DNA of 63,822 nt, the filler included, from Octopus bimaculoides (Eukaryota), in NCBI RefSeq assembly GCF_001194135.2. It is 5 parts of 5 records of this genome, joined end to end, with 100 filler letters (N's around TTAATTAATTAA, not from the genome) between each part and the next. Parts side by side here need not be neighbours in the genome. Positions count along the whole stretch, not along the records: positions 11,457 to 24,329 come from NC_068986.1; positions 24,430 to 52,494 come from NC_068989.1; 3 more parts are not named here. One strand, written 5' to 3'. The position numbers and the translations under genes are program-made. Positions within the stretch are counted from its first letter, which is position 1. The number at the start of each line of letters is the position of its first letter. Below the pieces are notes generated by a model. It was not told the DNA's origin and did not search any database. It was given only the letters and a program-made list of their open reading frames with translations. Below are positions 13,388 through 26,307 of the stretch, piece after piece.

Positions 13388-14299
13388 ACTGAGTGGTTTT
13401 TGTGGTCAGCTTAACGTAGAACTGTGGATTCCGTGAGTGACTCTTTCTGGTTTTCACCCTTTGTGAAATGTCTCCTTCACATTATATTGTTTGCTCGTTA
13501 TATTGTTTCGTTCAGTGTCTGGCGGTCGTGTTAGAGGTGCTGTGTGTCAAGAAATATCATATCAGAAGTTACAGCCCGAATTGTTATCAATAATGGTTAA
13601 AATTAAAAGTAATTCAAATTCAAATGTTTCTTGAAGCAATAAATTTCTATAACGATTAGGATTTAAATTCCAATCTACGAAAAGTTTCCGTTCTACAATA
13701 TTCTTAAAAGAACGAAACATTATCCAGGAACTCGGGCCAATACGAAGGAGCCTGGTAGGTGTATAAAACTAACTGGCATCTCTTGTCAAGTGTACAGATG
13801 ATAGTCAGATCGCTGATGTTTGTTGTGCACTCCGCTGTCGTTATTTGATTGCTGTTATTCCGTGCGTCTGTGTGTAAAGATCAGTTGTGTTTTGCAGGCT
13901 TGCTTTATTTTTACCCTTAACTTAGAAATGGAGAAAACCATAGTGCTAGATATAAAAAAAATAAGCCACTTGGGGCTAGAAATAAAGGGGAAAAGCGTGA
14001 AATTCTTCGAGCAGGCATGTGTTTTATGCGAAATCTGTGATGAGCGCGCGTGTCGCTGGTGACTTGGAATCGCCTCTGGTATGAGCAAACATTTTGTCAA
14101 TATGATTTTTTATCACAGAATCTGGTCTAATAAAAGGCCTGAATAACACTATTAGTTTTAATACTAAAGTCCAAAAAAGGAAAAAAAAAGAAAAAGGAAA
14201 CAGCGATATCTATATATGCTATTTATGTTCCCGCCAGAACTTCTCATATGGGAGTCCAAACTTACAGCATATGATCCAATACAAATACTGATCTAGTCT

Positions 14300-14530
14300 A
14301 TTATGGTGATTTTATGAGGCTAACATAGAGAATCCTGAAATGCGGTGGTCAGTTGTTTCTCTCGTTGCACCACAAAAACGACCCGCAGAAGCACCGTTTT
14401 TTAAATTTTTAACAACGCTTGCATTTTAGTTTCTGGTGAGTAGACACTGATCCTGAGCTTCTGTAATGACGCCCTCTGTTTCTTATTTAAGTCGAGACGT
14501 AGCCAGTCTATTAAAGTCAACATCAGGATC
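14300..14530 (-). pseudogene. R4/Dong-like non-LTR retrotransposon fragment (post-RT CCHC region), degenerate
   Basis: Reverse translation with stops: LK*ETEGVITEAQDQCLLTRN...FCGATRETTDHRISG. Confidence 0.65.
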
Positions 14531-14639
14531 GCCTTACTTTTTCCATCTCGTCATAATTATCATCATCATCATCATCGTCGTCGTTGTTGTCGTCACCGTC
14601 ATCAGCATCATTATCATCATCATCATTATCATTATCAGC

Positions 14640-14974
14640 GTTATTATTATTATTATTATTATTATTATCATTGTTCAGTAGTTTTATTTTTATAACGTGC
14701 TTTCACTTCACTACCGAGCGCAGCTCTGTGCGCCTTGGGTATGTGCTGTGGTTTGCTGTGGTGCTCTTATGGTTACTGTACTGAAAGTGTTTTGCGTAGG
14801 ATGTGTGCAGTGCCCCGTAGTGCAATTTTCTGTATGTTATATATATTTGTAAGCCCTGGTGATTTTGTTATGTATTTGTCTGAATATTTTTTTATTATAC
14901 CTAAGGCACCTACTATGATAGGAATTGTTTCTGTTTTTAGATTCCACATTCGAGTTACCTCTATTTCCAGGTCT
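14640..14974 (-). mobile_element. R4/Dong-like LINE 3' end (restriction-like endonuclease end, 3'UTR, AAT tail)
   Basis: DLEIEVTRMWNLKTETIPIIVGALGIIKK...IQKIALRGTAHILRK, then a short UTR and (AAT)n. Confidence 0.85.
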
Positions 14975-15570
14975 NNNNNNNNNNNNNNNNNNNNNNNNNN
15001 NNNNNNNNNNNNNNNNNNNNNNNNNNNNNNNNNNNNNNNNNNNNNNNNNNNNNNNNNNNNNNNNNNNNNNNNNNNNNNNNNNNNNNNNNNNNNNNNNNNN
15101 NNNNNNNNNNNNNNNNNNNNNNNNNNNNNNNNNNNNNNNNNNNNNNNNNNNNNNNNNNNNNNNNNNNNNNNNNNNNNNNNNNNNNNNNNNNNNNNNNNNN
15201 NNNNNNNNNNNNNNNNNNNNNNNNNNNNNNNNNNNNNNNNNNNNNNNNNNNNNNNNNNNNNNNNNNNNNNNNNNNNNNNNNNNNNNNNNNNNNNNNNNNN
15301 NNNNNNNNNNNNNNNNNNNNNNNNNNNNNNNNNNNNNNNNNNNNNNNNNNNNNNNNNNNNNNNNNNNNNNNNNNNNNNNNNNNNNNNNNNNNNNNNNNNN
15401 NNNNNNNNNNNNNNNNNNNNNNNNNNNNNNNNNNNNNNNNNNNNNNNNNNNNNNNNNNNNNNNNNNNNNNNNNNNNNNNNNNNNNNNNNNNNNNNNNNNN
15501 NNNNNNNNNNNNNNNNNNNNNNNNNNNNNNNNNNNNNNNNNNNNNNNNNNNNNNNNNNNNNNNNNNNNNN

Positions 15571-15634
<64 letters not shown>

Positions 15635-15748
15635 GGCCAACGAGCTGGAAGAATCGTTAGCACGCCGGGCGAAATGGTTAGCGGTATTTCGTCTGTCTTT
15701 ATGTTCTGAGTTCAAATTCCACCGAGGTCGATTTTGCCTTTCATCGGG
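15635..15748 (+). mobile_element. SINE family S1 fragment
   Basis: gagctggaagaatcgttagcacgccgggcg...ttctgagttcaaattcc. Confidence 0.85.
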
Positions 15749-16263
15749 TACAAATATACGAACCCCTATATACCCACCATGTCTACCTGTCTGATAAGGG
15801 TATACCAGGTATATGCATCACAACCATATGTGCGCAACATGGTGATCTCATAACAAGATAAACAGCGCATGACTTTGCAGGTGATGCCCAGTTAGAATTT
15901 TCGTCAGGTCAAGTAGCTCATCTCGCTCAAAAGGTCCCTGAATAAGTGTTGTTTAAGGGTGATAAACGAAACTACCATGTTTCCAGAGGTGGATTATCCA
16001 AACCCCAAAGAATCCTTCTCAACCCCTGGCTATGATGCTCTTCCATTACTCCTGCTAATAATCAGAGATACCCATATCGTCAACTACTAAGCAACGTGCT
16101 CAAGTGGTTAATGTAAAGCAATTGACAATCAAATCTGTGGTATTAAGCAGAATATTTGCTATAGCCCAGATTTTACACCAAGACAAAATATGTACATGTT
16201 AACATTTCCAATCAATTCAGATCAGAAGACACATGAGCCACTGCCTGGTACTGCATCAGGGCA

Positions 16264-16313
16264 TATTATTATTATTGTTGTTGTTGTTGTTGCTGTTGTT
16301 GTTGTTGTTGTTG

Positions 16314-16411
<98 letters not shown>
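16264..16411. repeat. Compound (ATT)n/(GTT)n microsatellite
   Basis: Directly visible; source of the spurious poly-I and poly-L ORFs. Confidence 0.95.
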
Positions 16412-16679
16412 NNNNNNNNNNNNNNNNNNNNNNNNNNNNNNNNNNNNNNNNNNNNNNNNNNNNNNNNNNNNNNNNNNNNNNNNNNNNNNNNNNNNNNNNN
16501 NNNNNNNNNNNNNNNNNNNNNNNNNNNNNNNNNNNNNNNNNNNNNNNNNNNNNNNNNNNNNNNNNNNNNNNNNNNNNNNNNNNNNNNNNNNNNNNNNNNN
16601 NNNNNNNNNNNNNNNNNNNNNNNNTTGTTCAAGTGAATGTTTAAGAAACCATAAGAAAATTATGTGTTTGCTTTAAAAT

Positions 16680-16873
16680 TTGAGATCACATAGACAGTAT
16701 TTTACGTAGGATATGGGCAGTTCCCATGAGCACTATCTTTTGAACTTCAGCCATTTTGGGGTTTCCTGGTATCTGAGCTAGGTAGTAATCAGCCCGTTTC
16801 GCTGTCATTCCCAGGGCACCTATGACAATAGGTATTGTTTTCGTCTTCAGATTCCACATTTTGCTAATTTCTA

Positions 16874-16875
<2 letters not shown>
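16680..16875 (-). mobile_element. Second R4/Dong-like LINE endonuclease 3' fragment
   Basis: EISKMWNLKTKTIPIVIGALGMTAK...VQKIVLMGTAHILRKILSM*, homologous to 14773-14974. Confidence 0.85.
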
Positions 16876-16929
<54 letters not shown>

Positions 16930-19400
16930 AGAAAGAAAGAAAAAAAGAAAGAAGTGTTTCAATGCCTTTAGCATTTGCAGACGAAACAGATGCACTTGTA
17001 CCACCGAGAGCGAAGTACCCTTGTCTTGGTTAGGCTGTTGTGTCAGGGACAAAGAAACGCATTCTAAATCTCAGAACTGGTTGTCCAGCATATCGTACTA
17101 CTGTCTCTACTACCCACAACTTTCAATGATTTACTATCTTGTGGAAATTTGAGCTTGTGAAATGGGGATGGTATGTTGTTGTTTAACCCAGTTCAAACCT
17201 AGCCTAGCAGACCTATGATCAAGATCATTCCAGCCGTGACCATCCCTTCAAATATTCAGGCATATCTAGAACTACATTAGTTTATGTCCTTCTTTTAAAG
17301 GTGTTAAAGTATATTATGGTTGTTATTTTTAACATGTTAAATCGTAGATATATTTTGAGATTGATGTGAATGATATACTATGGGAATTCACATTCCAGTA
17401 CTGCATTAAAATATTCAGAACAACCTGTTTTTTTTTATCTTTTACATTTCCGATCGACCATTGTCGCCTGCGTTTCGTATTGATGAATAACAGGCGATAG
17501 CATTTACATAGGATTAAGCAGTTTGCTTTCATATAAGTTGTTTTGTATAAATATATAAACATGCGAACAAATACAGTTGATACATGAAAAACATCAGTAT
17601 CAACAACAATAATACTAACAAAATAAGTATTAATTTTAATAATGAAAAAGTAATCACTCTTAGTTTTGTTCGGGCTGTCTTTTCTATAGCTAAAAAGAAT
17701 ATGGAATAAATTTCACGGGTGCTCACCTCAAAGATCAGCTTATTTTCTACATAGCAACGAGTTTTTAAAATTCCTTTTGTATATTGTTAGTCTTATGATT
17801 TATTAACATTCTCTAATACCCCATTCTTTGTGAAAAATATATAAAATATATTAAGTAGTCATTTTGTCCGAGATTTGAGTGGGCTAACAATTGTATTAAC
17901 CTTCGGGATAACAATATTTTACACACGTCTGACTCCTTAAATCAAGCGAAAACAATAAAAGCGAATTATCAGAACTAGAAGACAATTTCACTGATGAAAA
18001 TAAAAAAATAAATAAATGAATAAAAAGAAAACCATATAAATAAGTAAATAAATAAATAAATAAACAGGGAAAACGTTAGAAACTAATAACCCTTCACCCT
18101 ACCGGTTGTAATAAAAGTGTCGTGTTGCTACAAAGAGTCAACTGTTAGAGAAGGCATTAGTAACGAACGCCATTTTCATGAACGTAGAAGAGTTACACAT
18201 CCATCAAAGCTTAACAAAACATTTCATTTTGCGAGGTAAAGGAAGACAAATGAAAATGATAAATCCGGGAAATAAATAATGTAATATAATATAAAATGAT
18301 ATAAATTAAATAGTAAAAAGTAGGATATGATTACTATTGTGGCAAGTAATAACATTTAATCTAAAAGGTGGCAGGTAGGTCTCTCTAACGTTATCCCTCG
18401 TAACAATGGTATACATGTTAAGCAGGATATCATATTGTGTCAGTATGCATTGTGCGTTGTGTTATATGTATAGTGCGTGTGTGTGTGTGAGAGAGAGAGA
18501 GAGGGGGGGGAGGGAGAGAGTGAGAGGGAGAGACAGAAACAGAGAGCTAGTGTGTGTATGTGAGCGGGTGTTTATGTGTGCATGTGTATATGTGTGTATA
18601 TGTGTTATTCGAATTCGTTTCAGCTTAGGCCATCCTATTAAAATACAACCACAATGATTACGATGCCCCAGCTTGGCCACGTTTAGTAAGCTGAAACTAG
18701 TACAGAAATACTATTGTTGTTGTTGATATGAAATGCTTTTAAGACGTGATTTGAATATAGAAACTGTAATCCGGGTAACAAGAATCATTAAAAGAATGTC
18801 AACCCTACCCATATTAATATAATCAACATTATATTTCCAAATCATTCCTTTTATATGTTAGCTGAACGTAATCTGTTTGAAAAGTGCAGTGGAGAGAAAG
18901 AAGATATGAGGGAAAAAATAGGGATGGGGAAAAGGAAGAAATATTAATGAAAAAGAAAAAAAAAGAAAAAAATAACGAGAATAAAATGAAAGAAAGAAAA
19001 AAATATTTTCTGAATAGTTTGGCGGAAATGGTAAGTGTTTGCTTGGGTGATTTCTCCAAATGTCTGACTTCAAATGTGGTACAGTTGAATAGGGGGTCAG
19101 TAGCGAAATCCTTATCTCCGATCACTTCAAACATACAGCTAAACCCTTTATCGCTAAGCATACATATAGACATACAATACCCTACTAAACACTTTGGCAC
19201 GGGTTATATCCGGCTATATCCACACGAAATCCATGGCTAAATCCTTTTCACTGACCATTTCCATACAAAATCTACAACTAAACCGATAATTACTGATTAT
19301 ATCTACACATATCTACACATAATCTACAGTTAAGTCCTCACATAATTCACTGATAAACCTTCTATAACTGACCATATACATACATACATACATACATACA

Positions 19401-19434
<34 letters not shown>

Positions 19435-19460
19435 CATACATACTTACATACATACATACA

Positions 19461-19883
19461 TGTTGTTGGTACTCCGTCGCTTACGACGTCGAGAGTTCCA
19501 GTCGATCCGATCAACGGAACAGCCTGCTCGTGAAATTAACGTGCAAGTGGCTGAGCACTCCACAGACACGTGTACCCTTAACGTAGTTCTNNNNNNNNNN
19601 NNNNNNNNNNNNNNNNNNNNNNNNNNNNNNNNNNNNNNTTCAGCGTGACACAGTGTGACAAGGCTGACCCTTTGAATTACAGGCACAACAGAAACAGGAA
19701 GTAAGAGTGAGAGAAAGTTGTGGTGAAAGAGTACAGCAGGGTTCGCCACCATCCCCTGCCAGAGCCTTGTGGAGCTTTAGGTGTTTTCGCTCAATAAGCA
19801 CTCACAACGCCCGGTCTGGGAATCGAAATTGCGATCCTATGACCGCGAGTCCGCTGCCCTAACTACTGGGCCATTGCGCCTCC
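19461..19883 (-). mobile_element. tRNA-derived SINE, near full length, with (TACA)n tail
   Basis: Reverse strand ggaggcgcaatggcccagtagttagg (A box) and tttcgattccc (B box); tail microsatellite at 19376-19460. Confidence 0.85.
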
Positions 19884-19898
19884 CCATACATACATACA

Positions 19899-19929
<31 letters not shown>

Positions 19930-20780
19930 GTGTGTGTACACGCACGCGCGCACACTTACACACACACACGCACACACAATCCTCAGACAATCCATCATTG
20001 ACTATACACACAATTCGCTACTAAATTATATTTAGATTTTATTATACAAATATAACTATTTCTTTTTCAGATCTCACATTTTCAACGTGCACATAATCTG
20101 CTCTTCCTAAATCCATCTACAGCAATGGTTCTCAACCATTTTTCTATCTATGGACCCCTTTGATTACTATTCAATTTTGGTGCCCCCCCCCCCACCAAAA
20201 ATCGTTTGATGCGTAAAAACTAATTTTATAGACGCTTCTTTCAAAATTCCTATTTTGATTTTCACACAATTACGTGTAAGTTGAAGTAATGTAAAACGTT
20301 AGAGAAGGAAANNNNNNNNNNNNNNNNNNNNNNNNNNNNNNNNNNNNNNNNNNNNNNNNNNNNNNNNNNNNNNNNNNNNNNNNNNNNNNNNNNNNNNNNN
20401 NNNNNNNNNNNNNNNNNNNNNNNNNNNNNNNNNNNNNNNNNNNNNNNNNNNNNNNNNNNNNNNNNNNNNNNNNNNNNNNNNNNNNNNNNNNNNNNNNNNN
20501 NNNNNNNNNNNNNNNNNNNNNNNNNNNNNNNNNNNNNNNNNNNNNNNNNNNNNNNNNNNNNNNNNNNNNNNNNNNNNNNNNNNNNNNNNNNNNNNNNNNN
20601 NNNNNNNNNNNNNNNNNNNNNNNNNNNNNNNNNNNNNNNNNNNNNNNNNNNNNNNNATGTAATTTGAAACAGATATGGCTGCTTTTTTCACCACGTCGTA
20701 AGACGAAGTAGAGGCTACTTGAAAGGTTCTCTGATAGTGTCTTGGGGTTGTTGAATCAGACCATGTCATTGCCTATAGTA

Positions 20781-20995
20781 AGGCAGCGAGCTGGCAGAAT
20801 CGTTACCACGCCGGGAAAAATGCTTAGCGGCATTTCATCCGTCTTTACTTCTGATTTTAAATTCCGCCGAGGTCAACTTTACCTCTCATCCTTCCGGAGT
20901 CGTTAAAATCGGTACAATTTAAGCACTAGGTCAATCTATTCGACTTGTTCCCTTCCTCGAACTTGATGGCCTCGTACCAAAATTTGAAACTTATA
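20781..20995 (+). mobile_element. SINE family S1
   Basis: Head and body match the other S1 copies. Confidence 0.8.
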
Positions 20996-21910
20996 TTGCC
21001 TATGCTAAGGCCAGCAGCTCTTCAGAGCTGAAATGTTTTTAGGATCTTGTGGATACCTTGAGACGCAATGTTGAATATGCTATAAACGGTTCAAGTAGTT
21101 TATATGTTATAAACGGTTCAAGTTATAAACGGTTCAGCAATTAATATTCAACCATATATTGGTATGCAATGCATTTTATTCTTTTAGTCATGTTTAACAT
21201 TAGATTTGAGGCGATTTTAGTTTATTCATTATTGTTGTGATTGGATTTTTGTTAACATTTGTGATAAAGTAGCAGTTTTTTGTTTATTACATAGTTTGAG
21301 GAATACATGCCAAAGTTCTCTTTCTCAAAAGAAGCATTAATTACTTCTTGAAACTTATATGACAGTGTTCAGGGTTAACGTTCCGACTTAACAAATTCTG
21401 TGTCAGAATGTCGTAGAAATTATTACTGATTGTAGTATTGCTATTTTCTGAAACATGTTTCACTCTATAGACATGTGTATGTGTGATGGTGTTTGCACAC
21501 ACATACACAAACTCACACACATGCACATGTCTACACAAATCGGTGTGGATAATCTTTCCATGATTCACAAAAGTCATTTTTTAAAAATTAATCCAACTGC
21601 ATACTTACAAATGAACAGTTTTTAGCTGCTATATTTTCTACTCAACAGCTAGTTCAGTTTACTTCCGGTTTGCTTTCCAGTTCTTTTTTTCATTTGCTTT
21701 TGGATATTTTTCTTTTCCTTTTTTATTATCGCCATTTTTTTCATTAAAATTGGTGCCGGACACACAAAGAGCTATCTGAGTTTGTATGTCCAATAGTATT
21801 TTCGAATTGTCATATTCTAAGGCAAACAGAAGCAACTCTACTTTCGCAACATTTTGAGCATCTGAATAAAGCAATGACTGCTACCCCTATATACACAACC
21901 GCAACTCATA

Positions 21911-22205
21911 TACAGGGTGTCCACAAAGTCTAGGTACATGGGGATTAACACATACTTTTAAAACAAAACAATTTTATTTAATTATAATGTTAATAAATAA
22001 TATTTTCAAAATGATTTCCATCATTTTCAATGCATAACTTGATGCGCTTTGCAAAATTCAGGTGAACTCGATTAAATAAGTCTACATTGCCATCGATTTC
22101 AGCACACTGACTGGTAATGCGTTCTCTCATGTGGTTTAAATCTGTAATCTTTATTGAGTAAACTTTCTCTTTCAACATACCCCAGAAAAAGAAGTCAAGG
22201 GGCCG
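21911..22205 (-). mobile_element. Tc1/mariner transposon end with transposase C-terminus
   Basis: TA followed by CAGGGTGTCC terminal repeat at 21911; reverse frame PLDFFFWGMLKEKVY...RIKLCIENDGNHFE. Confidence 0.85.
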
Positions 22206-22446
22206 TTATCAATGTTTGTTGTTATCTTTGCTGTTGTGGCTATTGTGGTTATTGTTGTGATGATGGCTGTTGTTGTGATTATTGTTTATGCTGTGGGTTG
22301 TTGTGGTTATGGTGGCAGATATTGTTGTAAGTAGGCCAAGACAGCAGACTTGAGATTGAATTAACAGTGAGATTATTGTAGCAATGGAAGTCATTCGAGA
22401 GGACTGAACTTGTAATGAACGTGTTTGAACTATCCTTCTCTACACC

Positions 22447-22486
<40 letters not shown>

Positions 22487-22592
22487 TTCACACATGCAAC
22501 GGTATGTGCACATACACACATACCATATTCCTTAATATTTCTAATTGAGCTTAAAGGATGATAATGATGATGATGATGACGACGACGAAGAA

Positions 22593-22624
<32 letters not shown>

Positions 22625-23683
22625 AGGAAGAGGAGGAGGAGGAGGAGGAGGAGGAGGAGGAAGAAGAAGAGGAGGATAAGAAGCAAATTGTAATTTAATT
22701 GATGTTTACAAGATCAAAAGAAAGAATAAAGAAAGCGAAAATGAAAAGTTATTACGGGTAGATGATTGAATTCGAGTAGAGAGAATGTCTGGGGTTAAAT
22801 AGAGTGAGATAGGTGGGGTTTTACTTCTCTTCACACGCACACACACACACGCGCACACACACGCACACACACATAATATATGTGTGTGCATAGTATACAA
22901 ATATGTGTGTATGTATGTATAACTGATGGAGCTTCTTTATCAGTTTCACCTGAAGAATTTATAATTAGCAAACAGGAAATATTTCGTTTTTGATCTTGAT
23001 TATTATACTGGAAATAACTTAGATATAACTGTCGAAGCGGCGTACAAGTGTGTGTGGAAAGGACTATCAAAGATCAATACTATCGACACTGTATAGCAAT
23101 ATCAAGAAAGAACTGCCATACATAATACTATATTACCTGACATACGTGTGGAGAAATAATAACTTACACTTGTTGACTCTGCTTGAGGACAACCCGTCCT
23201 ATTTGCTCTGCACATGGGTAAAATTGGACGGCGCATGTAACACCTATACAGCCTATTTGCACGGCACAGTAAATTCAGGGACACATGTGAGAGCAGGGCA
23301 TTATCCATTTTTTCATGGGAAAACGGTTAACCAAAGAGAATATATCTGATATCAACTGATGAGTATTAGTATGCTATCATATTGTTATTAGGGATTCTCC
23401 TGAAACTGTAGATATAACCCTAAATTATATTAGTTTTTACGAGGCAGCACCACTTCAGTAAATAATGGACCTGTCAGGAGCAAACTGTGGCCCGCGATAC
23501 TTTCTGGATGGTAGGCCTAATGAAAAATTACCTTGGATTGTTTTTTAGTGGTGTGGCTCGCCTGGTGATGAACCGTTACTAAGGTGGTCCGCTTCTTGAA
23601 AAGAGTTGCCCAAGTTTATATATCGATTCATTGTTGGAAAGGTCAGGTCAAACATGCGCCGTTGCAGCGCGTTGCTTTATTCA

Positions 23684-24288
23684 CTATTTGTCGGTATATT
23701 TTCGGTTTTCTCGGGTGACAGGTTGAGCAGAGTCCCAGTCAGTCCCCGTCTCTGCGAAATACCTCCTCATCTGCCATAACCATGTGGCATGTATTCGATC
23801 AACACTTGCTGTCAATCCAGCTAGATCCACAATAAAGAGAACACGGTAAGCAACTTCTAACTCGGAAAACAGAGCAACATGACCAAATAGCCTGAGCTGG
23901 TGCTCCCGAATCAACCAAGTAACAGGATGCATCCCAGTTTCTGAATACAATCTTTCGTTAGATACGAAACCCGACCAATGGTAACTCATAATCCTGTGAA
24001 GCGACCAGCTACCAAAGGAGTTCAGGCGGCTCCTAAAGGCCCTGGACAGTGTCCAAGTATCACAACTATAGGGCAGGACAAGGATGACCAAACACCTAAA
24101 GACCCGAACTTTTATCCCCCTGTACAGATATCGGTAGAACCAAACACTCTTGACCAATGAGTCTACAATTACATCTGCTCGTCCAAGTCTTTGTAGGACT
24201 CCAGACTCGCAGTTAGTGCCGCATGAATCTCATTGCCGAGATAAGTGAATCGGTCAAGAACTTCGGCATTCTCACTCGCAACAGAGAC

Positions 24289-24290
<2 letters not shown>
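23684..24290 (-). mobile_element. RTE-clade LINE 3' fragment
   Basis: KVRVFRCLVILVLPYSCDTWTL...SNERLY...QLRLFGHVA. Confidence 0.85.
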
Positions 24291-24329
<39 letters not shown>

Positions 24330-24779
24330 NNNNNNNNNNNNNNNNNNNNNNNNNNNNNNNNNNNNNNNNNNNNTTAATTAATTAANNNNNNNNNNNNNNN
24401 NNNNNNNNNNNNNNNNNNNNNNNNNNNNNTATATATATATATGTATGTTTGTGTGTGATGTGTGTGTGTGTGTGTATGTATGTGCATATGTATATACAAA
24501 TATATATGAGTGAGTGTGTGTATGTCTATATAAGTATACCTATGTACCAGCATGCGCGCGTGCGTGTGACTGTGTGTAAGCGCCTGTGCGCCTGCGCGTA
24601 TGTATGTGCGTGCGTGCGTACGTATGTCATTGTACCTTCTTTCCTGCTCTCTGATTCCTAATTATCACATTAACCTACGCAATCACATACGCCTATAGAA
24701 ATTTGACATGCTTGTATTCTTCACTCCACTTTAAATTTTACTACTAAAGACCCCACCCGTACCTTTTCTCTACCCATCG

Positions 24780-24931
24780 CAGCGTTAATCATTTTTGCCA
24801 GCTGAGTGGACTGGAGCAACGTGAATTGAAGTGTCTTGCTCAAGAACACAACGCGTCGCCCGGTCCAGGAATCGAAACCACAATCTTACGATCATGATGC
24901 TGACACCCTAACCACTACGCAACGCGCCTCC
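24780..24931 (-). mobile_element. tRNA-derived SINE with CORE/Meta-like central segment
   Basis: Reverse strand ggaggcgcgttgcgtagtggttagg, gtttcgattcc, then ttgagcaagacactt...ccactcagctg. Confidence 0.8.
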
Positions 24932-24947
24932 ACATCTATATAAATAC

Positions 24948-24978
<31 letters not shown>

Positions 24979-26064
24979 TACACATATATATATACATATA
25001 TACATATATATATAAATATATATACATATATATATAAATATATATACANNNNNNNNNNNNNNNNNNNNNNNNNNNNNNNNNNNNNNNNNNNNNNNNNNNN
25101 NNNNNNNNNNNNNNNNNNNNNNNNNNNNNNNNNNNNNNNNNNNNNNNNNNNNNNNNNNNNNNNNNNNNNNNNNNNNNNNNNNNNNNNNNNNNNNNNNNNN
25201 NNNNNNNNNNNNNNNNNNNNNNNNNNNNNNNNNNNNNNNNNNNNNNNNNNNNNNNNNNNNNNNNNNNNNNNNNNNNNNNNNNNNNNNNNNNNNNNNNNNN
25301 NNNNNNNNNNNNNNNNNNNNNNNNNNNNNNNNNNNNNNNNNNNNNNNNNNNNNNNNNNNNNNNNNNNNNNNNNNNNNNNNNNNNNNNNNNNNNNNNNNNN
25401 NNNNNNNNNNNNNNNNNNNNNNNNNNNNNNNNNNNNNNNNNNNNNNNNNNNNNNNNNNNNNNNNATATATATATATATATATATATATATACTGAAGTTG
25501 TCAGCCTTCATCCCCCAACCACTTTATTATCTCTAAACACTTTATTTTATTCTTCATTCTATTCTCTACTTTATAATCTAACCATTAAGGAGAGGAAATC
25601 GTATTTATAGTCGACTTAATTCTGTTTTTCTTTCGTCTATTTTTAATTTATGTATTTTGTATTTTGATTGTAATTGTATTTTGTCTGTCACTGTATCAAT
25701 GCTTTTAGTTTTGTCTGTAAACTGCTGGGAATGAAACATCTCTTTCGCTATGCATCATCACACCCAGTGAAATAGCAAGAGAATCTAACAAATAACTTAT
25801 TTAAACAATTACCTGAATTTTACACCTTGAATATAGCATAACTTTTCGCCTATTTACTAAGTGCGTAAGTATCTGTTGAAACAATTGTAGTGATTTTAAA
25901 TCAAAGAATGTCGTTAATTCCGTTTTCAATCGCTTATCTATTTATATAATCTCTACGGATTCTATGAAATTCCTGATATATATCCAGTAGCAGGAACATT
26001 TCCACTGTATGATCACATCAGATTGTGCCTGAACGTGAGATATCGTAGTATGTAATTCGCTTAC

Positions 26065-26144
26065 CAATGCTTCAACATTTATAAATGTGTGACAACGATA
26101 ACGATATCCAACTTTCTGGTGTCTCCAAGCATTGATAAAATCAT
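26065..26144 (-). CDS. Candidate exon A6 of the PHM-like gene (phase 1 to 0); frame ambiguous
   Basis: Strong donor gtaagc, weak acceptor. The open frame reads DDFINAWRHQKVGYRYRCHTFINVEAL; the +1 frame reads ILSMLGDTRKLDIVIVVTHL*, which aligns better to PHM VGFRVGGETGSKYFVLQVHY. Confidence 0.4.
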
Positions 26145-26212
26145 CTAGCTCCAGCTAACCGTCCGTATATTAAGCTTACAAAAATGTATGCTGAGTATAT
26201 GTTTTGTGTTAC

Positions 26213-26307
26213 CTTTTGGTAAATGCCATCCTGGAGCGTCCTTTGACATTGCCCATAATATTTGGTATTCGCCATTTCCACAAACGTAGTTTTGTTGACC
26301 GCATTCC
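26213..26307 (-). CDS. PHM-like exon A5 (95 nt, phase 2 to 1)
   Basis: ttctcttatag acceptor, gtaaca donor; (W)ECGQQNYVCGNGEYQILWAMSKDAPGWHLPK. Confidence 0.9.

Noticed and set aside
18617-18698. 11-bp inverted repeat enclosing ~60 nt (pre-miRNA-like)
   Set aside because: The interior pairs poorly; too short a stem for a miRNA hairpin.
19461-19883. tRNA genes
   Set aside because: The A/B-box sequences here and at 24780-24931 are SINE heads with no complete cloverleaf or acceptor stem.
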